Source: an uncultured Alphaproteobacteria bacterium (GTDB taxonomy: Bacteria > Pseudomonadota > Alphaproteobacteria > Rhizobiales > Xanthobacteraceae). From it: a DNA stretch of 64,000 nucleotides. Both the position numbers and the translations under genes were made by a program. The notes beneath the pieces were generated by a model. The model worked only from the letters and a program-made list of their open reading frames with translations, was not told the DNA's origin and did no database searches. The stretch is taken from contig CAWGFC010000005.1 in the NCBI GenBank assembly GCA_963821785.1, positions 27,065 through 91,064 of the forward strand, given 5' to 3'. Shown here in pieces: positions 54,198-63,677 of this stretch; within the stretch, counting starts at the first letter, position 1, and each line of letters starts with the position of its first letter.

Positions 54198-55193
54198 TTA
54201 TTTAACCGCGAGGGCCTCGTCGATTAATTTCTGGCCGTTCGGCACCGCCTTGGCGAAGGTCGCGTAAGAGCTCTTTTTCGCCACGTCGAGCCAAGCTTGA
54301 TAGTCGGCATCGCTGAGGGTCACGACCTTGACCTTGTGATCCTCGAACGCCTTGATCGCGTCTTTGTTCACCTCATCGGCCTTGGCTTCGTAATAGGCCT
54401 GCGCCGCCTTGCCGGCCTTGAGCACGGCGTCCTGCTGCGCCTTGTTGAGCTTGTCGAAGCTCTTCTTCGACATCAGCACCGGCTCATACATGAACCACAG
54501 CGCATTGTTGCCTGGCGCGGTAAGGCAATTCGTCACCTCATAGAGGCGCATGGACTGGAAGGTCCCGAGACTGGTGTCGGTCGCGTTGACAACGCCGCTT
54601 TGGAACGCGTTGTAGATTTCGTTCGACGGCGGGCTGACGATGCTGGCGCCGGCGCTTTCCCACATCGAGGCGAAGGTCGGCCCTGCGGCGCGGAATTTCA
54701 GGCCTTTCAGGTCGCTCGGGTGCGTCAGGCAGCCTTTGTTGGAGGCCATGCCGCCGGCGAACCAGGCGTCCGACAGCACGATCACGCCGTGCTTCTCGAT
54801 TTCGGCGCGAACGTCCTTCATGAACGGCGAGGCATTGATGCGCTTGGCGCGATCCTGGCTACGGATCAGACCCGGCATCAGCGTCGCGCTGAAGGCCGGC
54901 ACCTTGCCGCTGGCGTAGTCGAGCGGGAACAGCGTGATGTCGAGCTGGCCATTGACCATGGCGTTCCACTGGTCGTTCGGCTTGAACAGCGAAGCGCCGG
55001 GATAGACCTGGATGGTGAGGCCGACATTGTCGGCCGCAGCCTGTTTGGCGATCATCTGCACCATGTCGTCGCGGACGTCGCCTTTGCCGCCCGGGAACTG
55101 GTGTGATGCCTTCAACGTCACTTGTGCCTGCGCCGAGGCCGTCAGCAAGATAGCTGCAGCCGCGCCGGCAAGAATTGTCGTTAGTGTCCTCAT
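54198..55193 (-). CDS. TRAP substrate-binding protein (DctP)
   Basis: Signal peptide, ASHQF, YPGASL and DLKGLKFR motifs. Confidence 0.92.
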   Translation of the reverse strand: MRTLTTILAGAAAAILLTASAQAQVTLKASHQFPGGKGDVRDDMVQMIAKQAAADNVGLTIQVYPGASLFKPNDQWNAMVNGQLDITLFPLDYASGKVPAFSATLMPGLIRSQDRAKRINASPFMKDVRAEIEKHGVIVLSDAWFAGGMASNKGCLTHPSDLKGLKFRAAGPTFASMWESAGASIVSPPSNEIYNAFQSGVVNATDTSLGTFQSMRLYEVTNCLTAPGNNALWFMYEPVLMSKKSFDKLNKAQQDAVLKAGKAAQAYYEAKADEVNKDAIKAFEDHKVKVVTLSDADYQAWLDVAKKSSYATFAKAVPNGQKLIDEALAVK

Positions 55194-55449
55194 TTGCATC
55201 CTCCCATTAGACTTTTTTGGCGACGGGAATACCGCCACGTTTGAATGGCGCCCGGACAATAGCCAACGCCGTCCGTCGCGCCCGGTTGGACCATACCCGC
55301 AGCGGCTGCGCAGGGCCATAGGCCTGTCATGAATTTCAGCCACAAGTCCGTGGCGGCAATCAACAATTCCCGGACTGGCCAGCGCGGAACGATGGTCTTA
55401 TAACCCCGGCCATCATCGTTCCTTCCGCGCCCTTCAGGAGCTTCTCAAC

Positions 55450-56622
55450 ATGCCAAAACCGTTGGCGGGTCTCCGCGTCCTCGAACTTGCACGCATTCTG
55501 GCGGGACCCTGGGCGGGACAGATGCTGGCAGACCTGGGCGCCGACGTCATCAAGGTCGAGCGTAAAGGAGACGGCGACGACACCCGTGGCTGGGGCCCGC
55601 CTTTCGTTGAAGGCGCCGACGGCAAACATATCGGCGCGGCCTATTTCCATTCCGCCAACCGCGGCAAGCGCTCGATCGAAGCCGACTTCGAGGACGAAGA
55701 AGGCCGGCGCATCGTGCACAAACTGGTCAAGCGCTCGGACGTGCTGATCGAGAATTTCAAGGTCGGCGGGCTCGCCAAGTTCGCCCTCGACTACAAGAGC
55801 CTCGCGCCGGAGAACCCGCGGCTGATCTATTGCTCTGTGACTGGCTTCGGCCAGGACGGCCCCTATGCCGCGCGCGCCGGCTACGACCTCATGGCACAAG
55901 GCATGGGCGGCTTTATGAGCCTGACGGGTTATGCGGACGGCCCGCCGACCCGCGTCGGCGTCGCCATCTCGGACGTGTTCACCGGCTGCTATTCGGTGAT
56001 CGGCATCCTGGCCGCGCTGGCGCAGCGCGAGAAGACCGGCAAGGGCTGCTACGTTGATACCGCGCTGGTCGATTCGACTGTCGGCGTGCTGGCCAACCAG
56101 GGCCTTAATTATCTTGTTTCCGGCGAGATTCCCAAACGTATAGGTAATTCTCATCCCAATATCGTGCCCTATCAGGAATTCCCCGTCGCCGACGGTCACA
56201 TCATCATCGCCACCGGCAACGACAACCAGTTCGTCAAGCTATGTCATGTGCTGGGCGCGCCCGAACTCGCGGAAGTGCCCGAGTACAAGAACAATGTCGG
56301 ACGTCTCGCGCATCGCAATGAACTGGTGGCCAAGCTTACCGTGCTGACCAAACGCATGCCGCGCGCGGAACTGCTCGGCAAGCTCGAAGAGCAGAAGGTG
56401 CCGGCCGGCCCGATCAACGATCTCGATCAGGTGTTCAACGATCCGCAGGTCGTCTATCGCGGCATGAAGCTCGATCTGCCGAGCGACGCCGCCAAAAGCG
56501 GCCACATCCCCGGCGTGCGCACGCCGATCGTCATGGACGGCTGGCGCGCGGCATCGGAACGTCCCGCGCCGCGACTTGGCGAGCACACGGCGGAAATCCT
56601 GAAAGAGATCGGCGAGGGATGA
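55450..56622 (+). CDS. Family III (CaiB/BaiF/Frc) CoA-transferase
   Basis: LAGPW, KVER, NRGKRS, ENFK and GYDLMAQ motifs. Confidence 0.93.
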   Translation: MPKPLAGLRVLELARILAGPWAGQMLADLGADVIKVERKGDGDDTRGWGPPFVEGADGKHIGAAYFHSANRGKRSIEADFEDEEGRRIVHKLVKRSDVLIENFKVGGLAKFALDYKSLAPENPRLIYCSVTGFGQDGPYAARAGYDLMAQGMGGFMSLTGYADGPPTRVGVAISDVFTGCYSVIGILAALAQREKTGKGCYVDTALVDSTVGVLANQGLNYLVSGEIPKRIGNSHPNIVPYQEFPVADGHIIIATGNDNQFVKLCHVLGAPELAEVPEYKNNVGRLAHRNELVAKLTVLTKRMPRAELLGKLEEQKVPAGPINDLDQVFNDPQVVYRGMKLDLPSDAAKSGHIPGVRTPIVMDGWRAASERPAPRLGEHTAEILKEIGEG

Positions 56623-56628
56623 CCGCGA

Positions 56629-58323
56629 TCAGGAGACCGCGGTCGGCGCCAGTTCCTCAATGTCACTGACGACATCGATCACCACCGGACGGTCGGCGGC
56701 CAGCGCGCGCTCGAACGCCGGCGCGATGTCGCTGGCGCGTTCGACGCGAATGCCGAGCGCGCCCATGTCCTCGGCGAGCTTGGCGAAATTCATTGGATTG
56801 TAGGTCCACAATTCGCGCGATTTGGCGGTCGGTTCGCCGCCATAGGCGCGGTCGAAGCCGCGCTTCGACTGATTGCCGCCGCCGTTGTTGTTGACGACGG
56901 TGATGCTGTTGAGCTTCCAGCGCACTGCCGTCTCCACTTCGGCAATGTGATACCAGAAGCCGGCATCGCCGGTGAAAACCATCACCGGCCGGTCGGGGCA
57001 CGCCGCCTTGGCGCCGATGCCCGCCGGAAACGCCCAGCCGAGATGGCCGGCGCTGCGGATGTAGCTTTGGGTCGGCACGCGCAGATCGTACATGCCGCCC
57101 ATCCACATGCCAGCATGGCCGGTGTCGACCACCACGATGCCATCGTCGGGCACGTGCTTGGTGAACTCAGCGCAGAGGCGCGCCGGATGGATCGGCACAC
57201 CGTCCAATTCCAGCACCGGCTTGTATTTGGCGTACCATTCGCCGCGTAGCGCGGAAATTTCCTTGACCCAGGCTTCGCGTTTCTTCGCGCTTGCCTTGTC
57301 GGCCTGTTTGAGCATGGCGGAAAGCACCGCCTTGGCGTCGCCCAAGACGCTCGCGGCAAGCGGATAATTGCGGCCGAGCAATTCCGGCTCGATGTCGATC
57401 TGGATTGCCGGCGTGCCGATTTTCGGCACCGCCCAGAAATGCGTGGTCATGCCGCCGCTCTCGGTGCCGACGAAACAGACGAGATCGGCGCGGTTGACGG
57501 CGCGGTTGGCGCTCTCGCGCGAGTAGCTGCCGACCACGCCGATCGACAGCGGATGGATGCCAGGAATGCAGTCCTTGCCGTTGAGCGAGGTGGCGACCGG
57601 GATCTGCAAGGCTTCCGCCAAGGCAATCAGCTCGCGGCCGGCGCCAGAGGCACGCACGCCGCCACCGACGACAAAGATTGGCCGCGTCGCGCTCTGCAAC
57701 AGATCGAGCGCGGCCTTCACATGCGCGGCTTCCGGCTCGGGCCGGAACGGCGGCACATGGGCGAATTGCGCCTCGACGATCGCCTCCATCTCGGCTTCTT
57801 CGAGGTCCACCTGCCCCTCATTGCCGCGGAATTGTAAGTGAACAGGTCCCGGCGCGCCGGACGTCGCGACGCGGAACGCCTGGCGCACCATGTCGGGAAT
57901 GCGCGCCACCTCGTCGACCGTGGCGTTGAACTTGGTCACCGGCTCGAACGCCGGCACGTCGTCGACCTCTTGATAGACCTTGCGGAACTTGGTTTTCGGA
58001 TCGCGCCCGCCGGTCATGGCGATCACCGGTACATGCGCCAGGTAAGCGTCGCGCAGGCCTGCGGCGAGATTGAGGGCGCCGATCACCTGCGCCATGCAGA
58101 TGCCGGGCTTGCCCGACGCGCGCGCGTAGCCGTCGGCCATGTAGGCGGCGGATTTCTCGCCATGACAATGCACGCGCGCGATCTTGGTGCGCCGCTCCAT
58201 CTCGGCGAAAGTGCGCCGCAGTACAGCCGGCACCATGAAGACGTGGGTGACGCCATAGTCCGCCAGCATTTCGGCGAGCACTTCGGCCCCGGTGCGCTTG
58301 GTGTTATGTCCGATGTTGGTCAT
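56629..58323 (-). CDS. Thiamine-diphosphate-dependent enzyme (acetolactate synthase-like)
   Basis: HGEKSAAYMADGYAR and GDAGF...NNNG ThDP motif. Confidence 0.9.
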   Translation of the reverse strand: MTNIGHNTKRTGAEVLAEMLADYGVTHVFMVPAVLRRTFAEMERRTKIARVHCHGEKSAAYMADGYARASGKPGICMAQVIGALNLAAGLRDAYLAHVPVIAMTGGRDPKTKFRKVYQEVDDVPAFEPVTKFNATVDEVARIPDMVRQAFRVATSGAPGPVHLQFRGNEGQVDLEEAEMEAIVEAQFAHVPPFRPEPEAAHVKAALDLLQSATRPIFVVGGGVRASGAGRELIALAEALQIPVATSLNGKDCIPGIHPLSIGVVGSYSRESANRAVNRADLVCFVGTESGGMTTHFWAVPKIGTPAIQIDIEPELLGRNYPLAASVLGDAKAVLSAMLKQADKASAKKREAWVKEISALRGEWYAKYKPVLELDGVPIHPARLCAEFTKHVPDDGIVVVDTGHAGMWMGGMYDLRVPTQSYIRSAGHLGWAFPAGIGAKAACPDRPVMVFTGDAGFWYHIAEVETAVRWKLNSITVVNNNGGGNQSKRGFDRAYGGEPTAKSRELWTYNPMNFAKLAEDMGALGIRVERASDIAPAFERALAADRPVVIDVVSDIEELAPTAVS

Positions 58324-58361
58324 GCGTATCTACCCCTCGACCTTTCCTGGGCGTTTCGCGA

Positions 58362-59339
58362 TCACTTGATCGCCAGCGGGTTGGCCGGTGAGCCGACCGC
58401 GCCGGTGATCGGAATCGCCGGCGCCACGAACAGGAATTCGTAGGTCTTGTCGGCTGCGCAATCGTCGGCCAATTCCTTGAGCTCGAAGATCTCGCCCATG
58501 GTCATGCCCATGATCGGGATGGTGATCCAGTGCCAGGGCTGGTTGATGTTCTCGCCCTCGGCGACCGGGTTCGGTCGCACCTCGCAGCCCCAGGTGTCGG
58601 AGGCGAGCGCGGCGAGCTCGGTGTCCTTGACGAAGTCGAGCGTCTCGAACGAAAAGCCCGGCGCGTCGCCGCCCGGATAGCCGTCCCAACTGCCCGCCTT
58701 CTGGCAGCGCTCCATCATGCCGGTGCGCACGATCACGTAGTCGCCGCGCTTAAGCGCGACGTTCTGCTTCTTCGCCGTGCCGTAGAGATCCTCGTTGGTG
58801 ATGCCGTAGCCGTCGTCGAGCAATTCGACGCCCTTGTAGCGCGCGACGTCGAGCAGCACGCCGCGGCCGACCATCTTGTTCTTGGTTTTCTCGATGCCGC
58901 ATTTCTGCGCGCCGGCGCTGGTCACCTCGCGGCAGTCGTAACCGTTCCACATGTAGTTCTCATAAAAGACGTGGCCGAGGCCATCCCACTGCGTGCCGCA
59001 TTGCAGCGGCATGGTGACGATGTCGTCAGCGGCGCGGATGCCGCGCTTGTCGAGCACGCCGGAATAGGCGTCGGTGCCGGTGCGGATCATAGTGTGGATC
59101 GGATTGGTGCGGCCCATCGCCGGATATTTGCTCTTGGCGCCCTGCGGCCCGGTGTAATCGAAATTGAGCGCGAGCGAGATCACCTTGCCCTTCTTCACTA
59201 GCCGGGTGGCGGCGACGATGTCTTCGGCGCTGGTGTAGTTGAGCGTGCCGATTTCGTCGGCCGGCCCCCATTTGCCCCAGTTTTTGTACTTCTCGGCGGC
59301 GGCGGACATGTCTTTGCGGGTGAGTTTGCGGACCGTCAT
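58362..59339 (-). CDS. Cyclase-family (kynurenine formamidase-like) metal hydrolase
   Basis: NWGKWG, GTQWDGLGH, GRGVLLD and GSPANPLA motifs. Confidence 0.88.
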   Translation of the reverse strand: MTVRKLTRKDMSAAAEKYKNWGKWGPADEIGTLNYTSAEDIVAATRLVKKGKVISLALNFDYTGPQGAKSKYPAMGRTNPIHTMIRTGTDAYSGVLDKRGIRAADDIVTMPLQCGTQWDGLGHVFYENYMWNGYDCREVTSAGAQKCGIEKTKNKMVGRGVLLDVARYKGVELLDDGYGITNEDLYGTAKKQNVALKRGDYVIVRTGMMERCQKAGSWDGYPGGDAPGFSFETLDFVKDTELAALASDTWGCEVRPNPVAEGENINQPWHWITIPIMGMTMGEIFELKELADDCAADKTYEFLFVAPAIPITGAVGSPANPLAIK

Positions 59340-59364
59340 GGTCGTTCCTCTTGGTTTGTAAGGT

Positions 59365-60084
59365 TCAAGACACTGGCGCACAGCGAAAGCCAGCCGCCAG
59401 AAATGGAATCATGTGGTGCAGCGCGAGCTTGACGTCGCCCGGATCGCAACGGCTGTCGGTCAGCGATTGAATGCGCCCGCTATTGGCCATGGTGTAGAAC
59501 ATGGCGCCGAGCATGAAGTGATAGCGCCACTCGATCTCCTCGCGCGGCTGCCCGGGCAGCACTTGCGCGATGGCGTCGATGAATTGGCGGCTTGATTGAT
59601 CGAAAGCCTTCGCCAGAATTTTCCGCGACGTTTTTTCCGGCTCGGTGCCAAGCCGCGCCCGCAGCTTGACGAAGGCGGGACCGCCGAACTGCGGTTCGAC
59701 GCCCAGCGTCAGCGCCGGTCGCAGGAACGCGTCGAGAATCTGCTCCAGCGTCGGAGTCTTGTTGTGCTCGAAGCACAGCGCCAGCAGACGCAGGCGCTCC
59801 TGCGCAATCGGCGCCGCGCGCTGCGCGAACAGCGCCTCCAGCAAGCCATCCTTGGAGCCGAAGTGATAGGCGATGGAAGCGAGATTGACGCGCGCCGCCG
59901 ACGTGATTGCGCGTAAACCCACGCCTTCCATGCCGTGCTCGGCGAACATGCGCTCGGCCACCGTAAGGATGCGCTCGCGCACCGACGGTCCACCCGCGGT
60001 TACCGCCGGCTCGCGCCCGCGGCGTTTGGCCGCCTTCGGCTTGTTCGCTTGTCGTGCGGAGGATCGGCGCAACGCTTGACTCAA
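59365..60084 (-). CDS. TetR family regulator
   Basis: RERILTVAERMFAEHG...ITSAARVNLASIAYHFGSK HTH. Confidence 0.92.
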   Translation of the reverse strand: MSQALRRSSARQANKPKAAKRRGREPAVTAGGPSVRERILTVAERMFAEHGMEGVGLRAITSAARVNLASIAYHFGSKDGLLEALFAQRAAPIAQERLRLLALCFEHNKTPTLEQILDAFLRPALTLGVEPQFGGPAFVKLRARLGTEPEKTSRKILAKAFDQSSRQFIDAIAQVLPGQPREEIEWRYHFMLGAMFYTMANSGRIQSLTDSRCDPGDVKLALHHMIPFLAAGFRCAPVS

Positions 60085-60111
60085 GCTGGACGATTTGGGA
60101 GAAGCGCAAAG

Positions 60112-60129
60112 TAAACAGTCGTTTGTTTA
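60112..60129. promoter_or_regulatory. Candidate TetR operator
   Basis: TAAACA-gtcgtt-TGTTTA inverted repeat in the divergent promoter. Confidence 0.6.
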
Positions 60130-60166
60130 AAGTCAATCGACGGCGCAAATACGGGACAAGACGCAC

Positions 60167-61051
60167 ATGGCCGGGCAAGCCAAGAAGACGATCCTCACGG
60201 TCGCAGTGACCGGCAACCTCACCACGGTGCAGCAGAACCCCGCGCTGCCGTGCACGCCGGAGCAGATCGCCAATGCCGCACTCGAATCGGCCAAGATCGG
60301 CGCTTCGGTCGCGCATATCCATGTCCGCCATCCGGACGGACGGCCGAGCATGGAGCTTGCGCACTATCGCGAAGTGGTCGAGCGCATCCGCGACAAGAAC
60401 TCCGAGCTGATCATCAACCTCACCACCGGCCCGGGCGGCCGCTTCGTGCCGGGCAAGGATGACCCGCGCGTCGCCGGGCCGGGCTCGACCCTCATTCATC
60501 CGCTCAAGCGCGTCGAGCACATCGTCGCGCTCAAGCCGGACATCGCCACGCTCGACCTCAACACCATGTGGTCGGGCTCAGCCGCGGTGATCAACCCGCC
60601 CGACAACGTGACGATCATGGCCAAGGCCATCCAGGAGGCCGGCTCGAAGCCCGAGCTGGAGGTGTTCGACTCCGGCGACATCCAGCTCGCCAACGTCCTG
60701 CTCGAGCAAGGCGTGCTCAAGCGTCCGCCGCTGTTTCAGATCGTGATGGGCGTGCGCTACGGCTTCATCTCGACGCCGCAGACACTGATCTATGCGCACT
60801 CGCTCCTGCCGCAGGACGCAATGTGGGCGGCCTTCGCCATCGGCCGCTGGGAATTTCCCATGCTGGCGACGGCATGGTTTCTCGGCGGTCACGTGCGCGT
60901 CGGCATGGAAGACAATGTCTACATCGGCAAAGGCAAATTGACGCCGAGCAATGCGGCGCTGTGCGAGAAGGCCGTGCGCATTCTCGACGACATGGGCGCC
61001 GAGCTCGCCACCGCAAAGGAAGCGCGCGCCATTCTCGGCCTGCGCGCGTGA
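60167..61051 (+). CDS. BKACE/Kce (DUF849) beta-keto acid cleavage enzyme
   Basis: AVTG, AHIHVR, INLTTG, PELEVFD and HVRVGMED motifs. Confidence 0.92.
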   Translation: MAGQAKKTILTVAVTGNLTTVQQNPALPCTPEQIANAALESAKIGASVAHIHVRHPDGRPSMELAHYREVVERIRDKNSELIINLTTGPGGRFVPGKDDPRVAGPGSTLIHPLKRVEHIVALKPDIATLDLNTMWSGSAAVINPPDNVTIMAKAIQEAGSKPELEVFDSGDIQLANVLLEQGVLKRPPLFQIVMGVRYGFISTPQTLIYAHSLLPQDAMWAAFAIGRWEFPMLATAWFLGGHVRVGMEDNVYIGKGKLTPSNAALCEKAVRILDDMGAELATAKEARAILGLRA

Positions 61052-61080
61052 CGCTCGCTGACATCATGGAGGACCATCAC

Positions 61081-62058
61081 ATGACACTGTCCCGCCGCTT
61101 CGCAATGCTGCTCGCGATCACGATCGCTGGCGCCGGTCTCATGCCGGCGCAGGCGCAAAACTATCCGGCCCGCCAGGTCAAGGTAGTCGTGCCGTTCGCG
61201 GCTGGAGGTCCGACCGACGTAATGGCGCGGTTGATCGCGCAGAAGCTGTCGGAGAGCCTGAAGCAACAGTTTTACGTAGAGAATCATCCCGGCGCCGGCG
61301 GTAACATCGGCATGACCCTCGTCGCACGCGCCAACCCCGACGGTTACACCCTGCTGGTGGCGAGTTCGAGCTTCGTGGTCAACCCGAGCCTCTATGCTAA
61401 AAATCCCTACGACGCCTTCAAGGATTTCGCGCCGGTCACGCTCGCCGCCGCCTCGCCGAACATCCTGGTGGTCAACCCCGAGTTGCCGGTCAAGACGGTG
61501 AAGGAGCTGGTCGATCTGCTCAAGGCCAATCCTTACAAATACGCCATCGCCAATCCCGGCATCGGCACGACGCCGCAGCTCGCCGCCGAATTGTTCAAGT
61601 TGTCGCTCAAGCTCGACGCCACGAGTGTGCCGTTCGGCGGCGCCGCGCCCGCGATCCAGTCGACGGTTGCCAACCAGACGCCGATCGCCTTCGCCGCCAT
61701 GCCGCCGGCCGCGCCGCAGGTGAACGGCGGCAAGCTGCGCGCGCTCGCCGTCACCTCGGCCAAGCGCTCGGCCGCGCTGCCCAACGTGCCGACGCTCGGC
61801 GAAGCCGGCATCGCCGAGCAAGAATCGGAGACCATGCAGGGCGTGCTGCTGCCGGCCAAAACACCCAAGGCCATCGTCGACCTGCTCAACGCCGAGATCA
61901 AGAAGGCGATGGCGCTGCCCGACGTGAAGGCAAAATGCGCCCAGCTCGGCTTCGACCCGGTGGCGGATTCGCCGGAGGAATTCTCCGCCTACATCAAGAA
62001 AGAGGTCGAGAAGTGGGGCAAGGTGATCAAGGAAGCAAAGATTCCGCAGATCAAGTAG
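61081..62058 (+). CDS. Bug/TctC-family substrate-binding protein
   Basis: VVPFAAGGPTD, ENHPGAGG and PNVPTL motifs; GGAGG RBS. Confidence 0.92.
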   Translation: MTLSRRFAMLLAITIAGAGLMPAQAQNYPARQVKVVVPFAAGGPTDVMARLIAQKLSESLKQQFYVENHPGAGGNIGMTLVARANPDGYTLLVASSSFVVNPSLYAKNPYDAFKDFAPVTLAAASPNILVVNPELPVKTVKELVDLLKANPYKYAIANPGIGTTPQLAAELFKLSLKLDATSVPFGGAAPAIQSTVANQTPIAFAAMPPAAPQVNGGKLRALAVTSAKRSAALPNVPTLGEAGIAEQESETMQGVLLPAKTPKAIVDLLNAEIKKAMALPDVKAKCAQLGFDPVADSPEEFSAYIKKEVEKWGKVIKEAKIPQIK

Positions 62059-62107
62059 GCTGACTTCTCTCGCCCCGTACTTACGCGGCGAGGGAAAAAG
62101 GCAACCC

Positions 62108-63274
62108 ATGCGCATCGTCGATATCCGCGAGACGGCGATCCCGCTCAACTCGACGCTCGCTAATTCGAGCTTCAATTTCAGCGAAATGACGACGTCGGTG
62201 GTCGCCGTGATCACCGACGTTAAGCGTAATGGCAAACCGGTGTGCGGCTTTGCCTTCAATTCCACCGGCCGCTACGCTTGCGGCGCGCAGATGCGTGCGC
62301 GTTTCATTCCCCGCGTTCTGAAAGCAAAGCCCGAGAGCCTCATCGACGACTCAGGCCTGATCGCGCCGGACAGGTGCCTCTCGGTCATGATGCAGAACGA
62401 GAAATCGGGCGGTCATTCCGAGCGATCGGTCGGCATCGGCACCATCGAGGTCGCCATCTGGGACGCGCTCGCCAAGATCGCCGACAAGCCGCTGCATGTG
62501 CTGCTCGCCGAACGCTTCAACGGCGGCAAGCGCGCCGAGAAAGTCTTCTGCTACGTCGGCGGCGGCTGGTACGCGCCGGGCAAGACGACTAAGGATCTGC
62601 AGGACGAGATGCGCGGGCATCTCGATGCTGGCTATACCATGGTGAAGATGAAGGTCGGCGGCATGGCGCTCGCCGACGATCTGGCGCGCGTCGAGGCGGT
62701 CAAATCGATCCTGCCGAAGGGCGCACAGCTTGCGGTCGACGCCAATTCCAAATTCGATCGCACGGATGCCCTCGCCTATGCGCGCGGACTAGCGCCGTTT
62801 CAATTGCGCTGGTTCGAGGAGCCGTGCGATCCGCTCGACTACGCGCTGCTGGCGGAGATCGCCGCGACCTACGCGCCGCCGCTATCGACCGGCGAGAATT
62901 TGTTCTCGACGCAGGACGTTGAAAACCTCGTCCGCTTCGGCGGCCTCAGACCCGAGCGCAACGATGTGATTCAAATCGATCCGCCGCAGGCCTACGGTAT
63001 CGTGCAATATGCGCGCACGCTCGACATGCTCAAGCGGCACGGCTGGCCGCGCGGCTGCATGTTCCCGCACGGCGGTAACCAGATGTCGCTCGCCATTGCC
63101 GCCGGCTTTGGGCTCGGCGGCGCGGAATCCTATCCCGGCGTGTTCGGCGACTTCGGCGGCTTTGCCGACGATGCGCGCGTCGAGAACGGTTTCATCTCGC
63201 TCTCCGACCGCCCCGGCATCGGCTTTGAGGGCCAGGCGCGACTCTACAAGATCATACGTGAACTGGCCGCTTGA
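62108..63274 (+). CDS. Enolase-superfamily (MR subgroup) enzyme related to D-tartrate dehydratase TarD
   Basis: NEKSGGH.ERSV, KMK, VDAN, FEEP, TGEN and PHGG motifs. Confidence 0.85.
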   Translation: MRIVDIRETAIPLNSTLANSSFNFSEMTTSVVAVITDVKRNGKPVCGFAFNSTGRYACGAQMRARFIPRVLKAKPESLIDDSGLIAPDRCLSVMMQNEKSGGHSERSVGIGTIEVAIWDALAKIADKPLHVLLAERFNGGKRAEKVFCYVGGGWYAPGKTTKDLQDEMRGHLDAGYTMVKMKVGGMALADDLARVEAVKSILPKGAQLAVDANSKFDRTDALAYARGLAPFQLRWFEEPCDPLDYALLAEIAATYAPPLSTGENLFSTQDVENLVRFGGLRPERNDVIQIDPPQAYGIVQYARTLDMLKRHGWPRGCMFPHGGNQMSLAIAAGFGLGGAESYPGVFGDFGGFADDARVENGFISLSDRPGIGFEGQARLYKIIRELAA

Positions 63275-63303
63275 GCGGTCCGCGTGAAGAAGGAGCCTGG
63301 ACA

Positions 63304-63663
63304 ATGCTCGGACATGCCCGGATCGCAACAATGGCCGCAGCGGCTGCGCTTTTCGGCCTAATGCTTTGTCCCCGCGCGCAGGCGCAGAGCGTGACGCTGG
63401 GACAATTTCAACATCCCAAGACCCCGAAGGATCTGGAAATCAACAAGGCTTATATGTTCGGCGCCATCGACGGAGTGGTCGCCTACAACATAAGCTTGGA
63501 CGACAAACTGTTTTGTCTGCCGGGCCCCGTCGCGAAATTAACCTTCGACCAGGCGGCCGAAGTTGTCATGCGTTGGGCGCGCAAGACGAGCGGCTCGACC
63601 GATATTTCGTTGGGACATGCGTTATTGTTTGCGCTCAGGGACGCCTATGCTTGCCGCCGCTAG
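63304..63663 (+). CDS. Small secreted protein, Rap1a-like
   Basis: Signal peptide ending AQA; FCLP...VVMRW...ALRDAYAC two-cysteine pattern. Confidence 0.55.
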   Translation: MLGHARIATMAAAAALFGLMLCPRAQAQSVTLGQFQHPKTPKDLEINKAYMFGAIDGVVAYNISLDDKLFCLPGPVAKLTFDQAAEVVMRWARKTSGSTDISLGHALLFALRDAYACRR

Positions 63664-63677
63664 CCGCTTGATGCCGT

